Shown here piece by piece: positions 26,888 through 38,064 of a stretch of 64,000 nt of DNA; positions within the stretch are counted from its first letter, which is position 1, and each line of letters starts with the position of its first letter. Under the pieces are notes generated by a model. The model made no database searches. It was given only the letters and a program-made list of their open reading frames with translations, and was not told the DNA's origin. The stretch comes from Mobula hypostoma (taxonomy: Eukaryota): NCBI RefSeq assembly GCF_963921235.1, contig NC_086097.1, positions 26,228,001 through 26,292,000 of the forward strand. Direction: 5' to 3'. Both the position numbers and the translations under genes were made by a program.

Positions 26888-26888
26888 G
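26790..26888. repeat. (GA)n polypurine microsatellite
   Basis: Direct reading. Confidence 0.95.
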
Positions 26889-27144
26889 GTGCAGTGATTT
26901 TGGCTTTTGTTATCAGTCAATGAAAAGCTTTTGCAAATTAGCTGAGTGTCAGTAAAAGTTCTGCTATGGCTTCAATCTCCTTAAACAAAATTATTTTCAT
27001 ATATATTTATATAAAAACTCAAGGGGGCTTAAAATAGGAAAACAAAGTGATTGCTGATATTGCCACAAATCATTATAATTCACCTGACGTGCTGAAAGAA
27101 AATAAATTTCTGCCAACAATTCTTAAAGAGGCTGTGCATTAGTC

Positions 27145-27694
27145 TTAATTTTTTGCTGAATGTTGCTGCTCTTTCTGCCCTTTTGAAGTGCGGTTTGTGA
27201 TGTTATCCAAACACGAGCGGATCCCTGCCAAGTGCAGGAGAGAACCTGCTGCCTCTTTCATCTCCTCATCATCGCTCTCCGGCGGTTTCTCTGTACGCCT
27301 CTTTTTAAGTGGCAGTGTTTCAGTTGCGTGTTTTTTTGCTTTTGCCAGGTGTTGCCGTTTTGTGTGCTGAGACAAGTACCCACTGTCAGCTAAGGAATCC
27401 TTGGTTTCCTTTTTGTTTTTTCTCTCCTCGTCTTCTGTCTCACTGTAGCTCTCGTGGCTGTGGTAGCTGGCTTCGCTGCCCTCGCTCCCATTGTGGCTGA
27501 CCTTTGCGGCAAACTCATAGTGGTCGTCAGCGGAGGAAGAGGATGTCGAGTCGCTGGTCGGGGACGTACTCCTGTGATTGGAAGATGATTTTGCCACGCT
27601 GTAGTTGTGGTCATCTTTAGGGTCGTTGCTGACGACCGGGGAGCCACAGGATTGTTCGCTGTCATTTCGCATCCGACAGTTCACAATTCCGTTC
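27145..27694 (-). CDS. FOXN3: FOXN3 last coding exon (C-terminal region, stop TAA at 27145-27147)
   Basis: Translation (R)[32 protein letters not shown]...DDHYEFA...DSGY...[50 protein letters not shown] matches the FOXN3/CHES1 C-terminus as I recall it. Acceptor cttcag|G at 27695/27694; the phase-2 join AG|G gives Arg. Confidence 0.95.
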
Positions 27695-28938
27695 CTGAAG
27701 GAGTTTAAAATAAAAGACAGGCCAATTAGCTCATTAAAGCGCCACACAGTAATATGTTCAACAACTGTGTACTGTTGCACAATGTAATCATAGAACTAAA
27801 TGTACTAGTGGGAATGCTAGTCTGCACTTCCCAATTGGCAGTACTTCTGAAAATTTTCCATGGGAAAAGGTTAGGTTTTAGGATCTCCCTTTGCTCATGG
27901 GAAAGTTCTATCTAAGGGTTGCATCCTTATAAGCAATTTTAAATTGTTATAAAAGCAAAATAATCCAAAAAAAACATAAACTTCTAAGATGCCTCTGCCA
28001 AGACAAATGGCAACTTGTTGGTCTGCCTGAGTAGTCAGAGCCCCTGGGCCGGTGTGGCCAGAGATCAGAGGTCAGAGGCCCAATGTCTGTGAGTCTGGTG
28101 CCAAGGATTGGAGGTTGGAGACCCGGGGGGTCTGTGCTGGGGTTGGAGGTTTGGCTGTGTGGGTGGGTGACAGGGGAGGTGGAAAAGGGGTTTGTTTTGC
28201 TGTTAGTTATTTTGTTTTTCTGCTGTTATTCTTGTGTTGAACGTTGTGGACATGCTATATTTGTGTCAGGATATGTGGTGCTGACCCCAGCACATCCTTA
28301 GGTTGTGTTGGGCGTTAACGCAGACGTAATTCACTAAATGTTTCAATGTACATGTGATAAATAAATTTCAATGAATGACCATGACAGCAACTGGAGTTGA
28401 GAAGTCTCCAGTCCCAACTGTTTTGTAGGCTTCATTTTGAAAGGGAATCTTTTTGACTCTAAACAAAGGAAAATAATAATTCTTTGTCAACCATCTGTGC
28501 CTTTTTATTCACAACAGTTTCCTGCCTGGAAACTGTTGCTACAGATTCCAATCTCCTGTGTCTCTGGTTCTCTGCTTGTCCTGGTAAAAACTATATATTT
28601 CATGTCTTCTTGACTCCTGACTCTTTATCCTTGACATCCAGAGTCCTGAGAAACCTTTTGCTATGACCATTCATTTAAATCAGGCTCCCTGATGCATTGT
28701 AGATGACCTCCCAACTCCCAGGCACAGAACATTCACATCATGAAGAGCAACCCCAGAAAAGTGCTTGGGAAGACCAAAGATGCATTTCTCATTTTATAAC
28801 ACTTAAACTGCACCGTATGCCCCTCACCTGTTAATGATAGCTGGGGGAGGATGGGTGGACAGGGAGGAAGAAATTGATTTTTTCCCCCTTCACCATCAGA
28901 TTTCTGAACAGTCCATGAACCCAATCTCTCTATTTTGC

Positions 28939-29143
28939 ACAAACAAGAGAAAAACTGCAGATACCAGAAATTTGAGTAACACACACAAAATGCTGAGGGA
29001 ACTCAGCAGGCCAGGCAGCATCTATGGAAAAAAAGTACAGTCGATATTTTGGCCCGAGACCCTTTAGCAGGAATCATCGACTGTACTTTTGTCCATAGAT
29101 GCTGCCTGGCCTGCTGAGTTCCTCCAGCATTTTGTGTGTGTTG
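28939..29143. mobile_element. Fold-back Penelope insertion, older subfamily
   Basis: Inverted arms ~28975-29045 and ~29076-29143. Perfect 13-bp TSD ctctctattttgc at 28926-28938 and 29144-29156. Confidence 0.85.
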
Positions 29144-30220
29144 CTCTCTATTTTGCTCTGTCTTTGTGCTACATACTTACGTTTTAAATTTGTTATTGTA
29201 ATTTTTTATGTATCGCATTGTGCTACTGCTGCAAAACCCCAAATTTTGTGACATATGTTAGGTATCAGTTATAATAAACCTATTCGATGACCATAAGGCG
29301 TAGAAACAGAATTTCAATTCTGGTTTTTAGGTTACTGTTAATGCAAATAAAATAATTTACATGAAATGCTCATTATTTAGAACATAGAAGGTTACCCCAC
29401 AATGCTGTGCCAGCCTTTTAACAATCTAACCCTTCCCACCTACATAACCCTCTATTTTTCTATCACTCATGTGGTTATCTAAGAGTTACCTAAATGCCCC
29501 TGGTGTACCTGCCTCTACTCTGGCAGATTCCATGCACCCACTGCATTCTGTGTAAAATTCCCACCTCTGACATCCTCCCTATACATTTCTCTTATCACCT
29601 TCAAGTTCTGCCACCTCACATTAGCCATTTCAGCCCCGGGGAAAGTCTCTGGCAGTCCACTGTATTTGCTTCTTATCATCTTGTATATCTCTACCAAGTC
29701 ACCTCTCACCCTCCAGGACTTGGCCGCAGAAGACAAGGACATCCGTTTAGAACAGAGATGAGGAAGAATTTCTTTAACCAGATAGTGGTGAATCTCTGGA
29801 ATACACTGCCACAGACGGTTGTGGAGGCCATGACATTGGGTATACTTAAAGTGGAGGTTGATAGGTTCTTGATTAGTAAGGGTGTCAAAAGTTATGGGGA
29901 CAAGGCAAGAAAGTGGAGTTGAGAGTGTAATAAATCAGATGTGATTGAATGGCGGAGGATAGTTGATAGGCCAAATAATCTAATTCTGCTCCTATGCCGT
30001 TTGGACTAATGGTCTCTTTTGGTGCCTCTGGAACAACCCTGAAGTGGAGTGTTGGGCTGAGTATGAGTCAGCAGATGACAAAGACATCACCTACTGTCTG
30101 GTGAATAAATAAACAAATAAACAATTTGGACAAATTTGGACAAATAAACAACTATCTCTGAGACAGAGATGTACAGCAAAGAAATGGGCCTTTGGTCTAT
30201 CGTGTTAAGGCTAACACGAT

Positions 30221-32598
30221 TAGTTTGTTAAGTGTGTCCAGGACGGATTCCTGTCATAGTATGTGGACAGGCCGACTGGGGGAATGCCACACTAGATCTA
30301 GTACTAGGTAATGAACCGGGTCAGGTCACAGATCTCTCAGTGGGTGAGCATCTGGGGGACAGTGACCACCGCTCCCTGGCCTTCAGCATTATCATGGAAA
30401 AGGATAGAATCAGAGAGGACAGGAAAATTTTTAATTGGGGAAAGGCAAGTTATGAGGCTATAAGGCTAGAACTTGCGGGTGTGAATTGAGATGATGTTTT
30501 TGCAGGGAAATGTACTATGGACATGTGGTCGATGTTTAGAGATCTCTTGCGGGATGTTAGGGATAAATTTGTCCCAGTGAGGAAGATAAAGAATGGTAGG
30601 GTGAAAGAACCATGGGTGACAAGTGAGGTGGAAAATCTAGTCAGGTGGGAGAAGGCAGCATACATGAGGTTTAGGAAGCAAGGATCAGATGGGTCTATTG
30701 AGGAATATAGGGAAGCAAGAAAGGAGCTTAAGAAGGGGCTGAGAAGAGCAAGAAGGGGGCATGAGAAGGCCTTGGCGAGTAAGGTAAAGGAAAACCCCAA
30801 GGCATTCTTCAATTATGTGAAGAAAAAAAGGATGACAGGAGTGAAGGTAGGACCAATTAGAGATAAAGGTGGGAAGATGTGCCTGGAGGCTGTGGAAGTG
30901 AGCGAGGTCCTCAATGAATACTTCTCTTCGGTATTCACCAATGAGAGGGAACTTGATGATGGTGAGGACAATATGAGTGAGGTTGATGTTCTGGAGCATG
31001 TTGATATTAAGGGAGAGGAGGTGTTGGAGTTGTTAAAATACATTAGGACAGATAAGTCCCCGGGGCCTGACGGAATATTCCCCAGGCTGCTCCAGGAGGC
31101 GAGAGAAGAGATTGCTGAGCCTCTGGCTAGGATCTTTATGTCCTCATTGTCCACAGGAATGGTACCGGAGGACTGGAGGGAGGTGAATGTTGTCCCCTTG
31201 TTCAAAAAAGGTAGTAGGGATAGTCCAGGTAATTATAGACCAGTGAGCCTTACGTCTGTGGTGGGAAAGCTGCTGGAAAAGATTCTTAGAGATAGGATCT
31301 ATAGGCATTTAGAGAATCATGGTCTGATCAGGGACAGTCAGCATGGCTTTGTGAAGGGCAGATCGTGTCGAACAAGCCTGATAGAGTTCTTTGAGGAGGT
31401 GACCAGGCATATAGATGAGGGTAGTGCAGTGGTTGTGATCTATATGGATTTTAGTAAGGCATTTGACAAGGTTCCACACGGTAGGCTTATTCAGAAAGTT
31501 AGAAGGCATGGGTTCCAGGGAAGTTTGGCCAGGTGGATTCAGAATTGGCTTGCCTGCAGAAGGCAGAGGGTGGTGGTGGAGGGAGTACATTCAGATTGGA
31601 GGATTGTGACTAGTGGTGTCCCACAAGGATCTGTTCTGGGACCTCTACTTTTCGTGATTTTTATTAACGACTTGGATGTGGGGGTAGAAGGGTGGATTGG
31701 CAAGTTTGCAGACGACACAAAGGTTGGTGGTGTTGTAGATAGTGTAGAGGATTGTCAAAGATTGCAGAGAGACATTGATAGGATGCATAAGTGGGCTGAG
31801 AAGTGGCAGATGGAGTTCAACCCAGAAAAGTGTGAGGTGGTACACATTGGAAGGACAAACTCCAAGGCAGAGTACAAAGTAAATGGCAGGATACTTGGTA
31901 GTGTGGAGGAGCAGAGGGATCTCGGGGTACATGTCCACAGATCCCTGAAAGTTGCCTCACAGGTGGATAGGGTAGTTAAGAAAGCTTATGGGGTGTTAGC
32001 TTTCATAAGTCGAGGGATACAGTTTAAGAGTCGCGATGTAATGATGCAGCTCTATAAAACTCTGGTTAGGCCACACTTGGAGTACTGTGTCCAGTTCTGG
32101 TCACCTCACTATAGGAAGGATGTGGAAACATTGGAAAGGGTACAGAGGAGATTTACCAGGATGCTGCCTGGTTTACAGAGTATGCATTATGATCAGAGAT
32201 TAAGGGAGCTAGGGCTTTACTCTTTGGAAAGAAGGAGGATGAGAGGAGACATGATAGAGGTATACAAGATAATAAGAGGAATAGATAGAGTGGATAGCCA
32301 GCGCCTCTTCCCCAGGGCACCACTGCTCAATACAAGAGGACATGGCTTTAAGGTAAGGGGTGGGAAGTTCAAGGGGGATATTAGAGGAAGGTTTTTTACT
32401 TAGAGAGTGGTTGGTGTGTGGAATGCACTGCCTGAGTCAGAGGTAGAGGCAGATACACTAGTGAAGTTTAAGAGACTACTAGACAGGTATACGGAGGAAT
32501 TTAAGGTGGGGGCTTATATGGGAGGCAGGGTTTGAGGGTCAGCACAACGTTGTGGGCCGAAGGGCCTGTACTGTGCTGTACTATTCTATGTTCTATGT
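30221..32598 (+). mobile_element. Young 5'-truncated CR1-clade (HER1-like) LINE in the last FOXN3 intron, antisense to the gene
   Basis: Endonuclease C-terminus (LDLVLGNEPG...SDH), full RT, short 3' UTR and (TTCTATG)n tail. Confidence 0.95.
30517..32403 (+). pseudogene. CR1 ORF2 reverse transcriptase, 628-aa open remnant
   Basis: Motifs [43 protein letters not shown]. Bounded by in-frame nonsense codons at about 30487 and 32401, so truncated. Confidence 0.92.
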
Positions 32599-32619
32599 TA
32601 ATCTTTACGCTCACTGAAA

Positions 32620-33090
32620 TGATTGTGTGCAGTTCTGGTGACCTACTTACAGGAAAGATACCAATAAGATTGAAAGAGTGCAGAGAAAATTCACAAGGTC
32701 GTTGCTGGGACTTGAGAACCTGAGATATAGGGAAAAGTTGAATAGGTTAGGACTTTTATTTTCCTGGGGGCTGAGAATGAGGGGTGATCTTATAGGAGTA
32801 TACAAAATTATGAGGGGTATAGATCAGTTAAATGCAAGCAGGTTGAGCAAAATATTTAAGGGGAATATGAGGGGGAACGTCTTCACTCAGAGCGTGGTCT
32901 GAGTGTGGAACGAAGTGCCGGCGGGAGAAGTGGATGCGGGTTTAATTGTAATGTTTAAGAGAAGTTCGGACAGGTACATAGATGGGAGAGGCATGGAGGG
33001 CTATGACCTGTGTGCGTGGCGTTGGGATTGGGAGGTTAACCGCCTGGCACAGACTAGACAGGTTGAAAGCCTGCTTCTGGGCTGTAGTGA
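32620..33090 (+). mobile_element. Older CR1 3' fragment
   Basis: QRKFTR...RMRGDLIGVYKIMRG...FTQSVV. Confidence 0.75.
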
Positions 33091-33521
33091 TGGCAGGTTC
33101 CTTACCTCTATGTTGGCTTTTGATGCTATTCAATTTTGGTAAGTAAGTGTTAAATGAACCAAATTAAAATGAAAAAAAATATTGTTAGTAACTTATTGAA
33201 AGCTTATTTTTATAGTACTGAATATGGAAAAAATATTCATTAGAAGTAGTATTTTAAGATACAAACAATTATATGTTTGACTTTAAATATATCAGGCATC
33301 CAAAGCAACTTTTTCCAACTAGACAGGCATAAAATTTGTAGCTGTGGGAGAAATTGAACATGATTAGTTTTCAGTGGCAAACTCCCCCAAACTTCTACCA
33401 ATTACTGCTGCGGGACAATTTATTTACACCCTAAATCTTTTGTCGTTTTAGTGTTGCCATGTCGAGTTTTAGAATCAATGGGGAGATCAGGAGACTGAAG
33501 ATGTACTAAGGTGCTGATTAC

Positions 33522-33630
33522 CTTACGGCAGCAGCCATGCTTCCAATGGTGTTAATCGGCAGTGGTTTCATCCCCATGAACGACCCTCGGTTGTACGCTC
33601 GACCTCCGTTTGGCATAACTCCCACAGCAT
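33522..33630 (-). CDS. FOXN3: FOXN3 penultimate coding exon (109 nt)
   Basis: tcttctgttttccag|ATGCTGTG...GCCGTAAG|gtaatc. Encodes AVGVMPNGGRAYNRGSFMGMKPLPINTIGSMAAAVR, similar to mammalian [34 protein letters not shown]. Phase 1 in, phase 2 out, in frame with the last exon. Confidence 0.92.
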
Positions 33631-34609
33631 CTGGAAAACAGAAGACTACAGCATTACAGGGGAATTCAAAGCAACATGAAATCAAGTTCTCACGTCCAGA
33701 ACTGAATGGAGTTAATTCCATTGACACGCTCCCATTAGAGGCAAAAAATGCCCACGGGTTTGCTTCAGAGTCATAGATCACTAGAACATGGAAACAGATG
33801 CTTCAGCCCATTTTGTTTGGGCCAGCCTGTCCAATGCCATCTACCTGCGCCCCGACCACAGCCCTCAATACCATTCCCAGCCACGCACCATGCATCTTTC
33901 AAATGTTACCACTGAACCTGCATCTACTGCTTCTGTTGGCAGCTCGATCTACATTTGCATTACCCTCCGCATGAAGAAATTCCCCTTAAATATTTCATCT
34001 TTCACCCTAAACCCATGACACCGAGTTCTAGTCTCACCCAACCTCGTGAAAATGTCTGCATGCATTCACCTCATCTATACCCCTCAAAATGTTGTGCACC
34101 TCAAAGATGTCCCCTCATTTTCTTGCCCTCCAGCAAATTTAATATTACTTTACTAACATTCACTGTATTCAGGCTGTCTTTCATCTGAATATGTGAGTCA
34201 ATATCAGAGTGAATATAAATATTTTAACTTTTGTAGAAATGAATAGCATTTTCATTCTCAGTCCGCACTGTGCTTGAGGCTCCTGGAGATTACCTATTGT
34301 TCAGCATGCAGGTTAATTGATGTACTGTCAATAGGTATCTGTGCATTAGTTCTGATTTGGACATTTCTGAAAGAAAAGTGTTCAGTCTCTATGCGAAGTG
34401 TAGACTTGAATTAATATATTAAAGTTCTCTGAAGGATTTTCCTAATCAGTGCTCATTTAATTTTAACAAAATTAGTGAAACTGCTACACTGCTTACACCA
34501 GAGTATATGAGAGCAGTGCCTAAAGTGTTAAATTCGTTGCTCCTGGACCTGGCATCGAACCCTGCTGCTATACCAGAAGACTGACACAAATCCCTGTCCA
34601 CCACAGGTG

Positions 34610-34915
34610 TCATGTTGGTCTAGTGTTTAGTGTAATACTTTACAGCACCAGCGGTAAGATCAGTGTTCCAATTCCTGCTGTGGTCTGTAAGGAATTTACG
34701 ACGTTCTCCCCATGCCCCCGTGGATTTCTTCCAAGTGCTCTGGCTTCCACCCACATTCCAAAGAGGTACATGTTTGTGGTTAGCAAGTTGTAGACACGCT
34801 CTGTTGGCGCCACTTGTGGGCTGCCCCCAGAACAATCGACTGGTGTTAGTCATCGATGCAAAATGACGCATTTCACTACATGTTTCAATGTATGTGTGAC
34901 AAATCAAGCTAATGT
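34610..34915 (+). mobile_element. V-domain SINE
   Basis: Same head, core and tail as 42087-42380. Confidence 0.75.
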
Positions 34916-36438
34916 AATACTTTATCTTTAACTCTCCTGCAGCAATGAACTGGTTAGTGTAGAGAGTCGTCTTTTGGGAGGCTGATGCAGTTGCTTAGTT
35001 ATGGGACTTGGACAGTGCTATCTCTCCGTTCCCTGCGTGGAGATCATTCTGTGTCCTTTCACATCACCACCTACCGGATGTGAGGTGGACCTGATGAGGG
35101 GCCTTGGCCCAAAAGCTGCTTGGGGGAACGGTTCTTGATTAATATGGAGGTCAAAGGTCACGGGGAGAAGGCAGGAGAATGGGGTTGAGAGAAATAGTAG
35201 ATCAGCCATGACCGAATGGTGCAGCAGACTCATCAGGTTGAATGGCCCATTGCGGCTCCTGTATCTTATTGGCCTGATATAATTAGATCCCTGCTATGAC
35301 AACAGTTGGTGGACAGTCCTTGTGTGTAAGTGGTGGGGGCTATGTGGCTGGGAGGGAGGAACAGGGCTCATTTCGCTGCTGTTCTTTCTTATTTTTCTGT
35401 GTTCTTCTGCTGAACATGCTGGGCACACTATGTTGGCACCAGACTGTGGAGTGCCACTTCTCGGCTGCCCCCAGCACATCCTTAGCTCACTTCCTCATTG
35501 AGCCAAATGACACATTTCACTGTATGTCTCTACGTACCTTACGTGATAAATAGATCTGAGTTAAAGATCATGTTAGAGTTTAGGGACAGGTATGTGGGGG
35601 AGTGAGAGGACAGGCTGCAGTCTAGGCCTTCGCTCCACGCATGAAGGCCAGTGCATGGACTTTGTGCCAGCAAACCAATGAGGATTGAAACATAGAAAAC
35701 GTACAGCACAGTACAGGCCCTTCGGCCCACAAAGCTGTGCTGAACATGTCCCCACCTTAGAACTACCGAGGCTTTACCCATAACCCTCTATTTTTCTAAG
35801 CTCCATGCATCCATCCAGGAGTCTCTTAAAATACCCTATCGCTTCCGCCTCCACCACATCCTTCCTTTGTGTTGGTTGTTAACACAAATGATGCATTTAA
35901 CTGTATGTTTCGAGGTACATATTATAAATAAATCTGATTCTGCAATCTTAATCTGTATTTGAATCAACAGCCTTCCTAAAATCCACAATAAGGTTTCTAA
36001 GGGACGCTAAACAATGTACTTCACTTTAAAGGGAGTCTGAAAAATCACGGGAGCAACAGTGGACACCAAGACCAGCTCTCCTTGTCCTGATAAAGGGTCT
36101 TCGTCCAAAATGTCATGTTTATTCATTTCCATCGATGCTGCCTGACCTGCTGAGTTCCTCCAGCATTTTGTGTGTGTTACTCTGGATTTCCAGCATTTGC
36201 AGAACTCCTTGTATTTATGAAGATAATGAATGTAGATTGAACAGAGCTAGTCACACAAGAGATACAATGTACTAAATTTATGAAAAATACTTTCCAATCC
36301 ACAAAAATTAGACATTTCTTCTCCTGACACTAGCAAATAATTCCTTCCAGCAAGTTTTTGGAAACTATGCTATATCCGTTTTTTTTTGAAAGAACTGAAC
36401 TCATAGTCCTTCTTCTTTAACCAGAGTTCATTCCTATA

Positions 36439-36920
36439 CACTTAGTTGCCACTTTTTTGGAACACCTGTACACCTGCTCTTAATGCAAACATCTAAGCAG
36501 CCAATCATGTGGCAGCAACTCAATGCATGAAAGCATGCAAGCGTAGTCAAGTGATTATGACTGCTGAATGGCTATTGGTGCCACATGGGGTGGTTTGAGT
36601 ATCTCAGAAATGGCTGATTTCCTGGGATTTTCATGCACAACAGTCTCTAGAGTTTACCGAGAATGGTGCAAAAACATCCAGTGAGCGGCAGTTCTGTGGG
36701 TGAGAACGCCTTGTTAATGAGAGGCCAGAGGGGAGTGGCCAGACTAGTTCAAGCTGATGGGAAGGTGAGAGCAACTCAAATAAACCATGCACTACCACAG
36801 TGGTGTGCAGAAGAGCATCTCTGAACACACAACACATCGAACCTTGAAGGAGATAGACTACAGCAGCAGAAGATCACGAACATACACCCAGGAGGTACCT
36901 AATAAAGTAGCCACTGAGTG
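36439..36920 (+). mobile_element. Internally deleted Tc1-like element
   Basis: TIRs (ta)cacttagttgccactttt / aataaagtagccactgagtg. N-terminal HTH remnant GLSISEMADFLGFSCTTVSRVYREW. Confidence 0.8.
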
Positions 36921-37329
36921 GATGCATGTTAATTATTAGCTGCCAACCTTTTGCACCAGGGATGAAATTCAATGGGAATTAAGATGGAATCAAATCACAA
37001 TATGCCTTACATTTTGTGCTGTTGGCAACAACTAATGAAAGGAGACTTATCTTCTCCTCTGGGGCTGGAGTTTATCCCACGTCTCCAAATTGGAAGACCA
37101 TTCATCATCCACCATAAGTCATCCTCTGAGACAACAACTTTCTATTTTGACTAACAATTTCCTTTGGGTGATTAATTTTCTTTTGGAATTAAACTGAATT
37201 CAAATTTTTAGGTTGGAACACACATGAAAATAGGAGCAGATGTTTAAACCAAATGAAGGAAATAATTTACTGCATCACAGAACTGAATGGGCCAACTCAA
37301 AATGGATTTGCATCACCAGCCTGACTTGC

Positions 37330-37620
37330 ATTCTGGGTCTCCATCTAGCGTGTCTCGTGTTCTTGGTGCAGCCTCCTTCACATCGGTAAGACCCGACAAA
37401 GATTTGGGGACTACTTCGTTGAGCAATTTCACTCCCTTCACAACAAGGAGGATTGCCCTACAGTCAACCATTTTAATTCCAATCCTCACTCCCATTCCGA
37501 CATGCTGGTCTATGGCCCCCTCTACTACCACAATGATGGGAAGAACAACACTTTATATTCCTCCTGGGTAAGGTCCAATCCGACAGTATGAACAGCAATT
37601 TCTCTAACTTCCGGTAATTT
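37330..37620 (+). mobile_element. Penelope GIY-YIG fragment
   Basis: Remnant CSLLHIGKTRQRFGDYFVE...EEQ...SNFSNFR. Confidence 0.7.
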
Positions 37621-37634
37621 TTTCCGCCACGGCC

Positions 37635-38060
37635 CAGTACATCACGGGTAAGACCCTCCCAACCATTGAGCACATCTACATTAAACGTTGCTGTAGAAAA
37701 GCAGCATCCATCATCAAAAATCCTCACCACGCAGACCATCCTCTTTTCTCGCTGCTGCCATCAGGTAGGAGGTACAGGTGCCTCAGGACTCGCATAACCA
37801 GGTTGAAGAGCAGTTACTACCCCTCAACCATCAGGCTCTTGAACAAAAGTGGATAGCTACATTCTTTTAAGGACTCTGTTATATTGTTATTTCATGTTCA
37901 TTATTTGTTGCTATTTATTTATATCTGCATTTGCACAGTTTGTTTATAGTTCCTGATGTTTACAGTTACTGTTCTACAGATTTGCTAAGTATGCCCGCAG
38001 AAAAAAGAATCTCAGGGTTGTATGTGGTGTTATGTATGTATTCTGATGATAAATTTTACT
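37635..38060 (+). mobile_element. Rex1/Babar-like LINE 3' fragment
   Basis: KAASIIKNPHHADHPLFSLLPSGRRYR...SYYPSTIRLLN. Confidence 0.7.
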
Positions 38061-38064
38061 TTGA

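Larger units (their letters stand above)
20350..27144 (-). other. FOXN3: Putative long FOXN3 3' UTR (~6.8 kb)
   Basis: Follows the stop codon. Nearly free of recognisable young TEs, unlike the rest of the window, and ends at a well-formed poly(A) signal. The distal boundary is inferred. Confidence 0.55.

Noticed and set aside
27695..27780. N-terminal 29 aa of the 211-aa ORF (MQQYTVV...)
   Set aside because: Intronic read-through upstream of the acceptor at 27695; FOXN3 similarity starts at RNGI.
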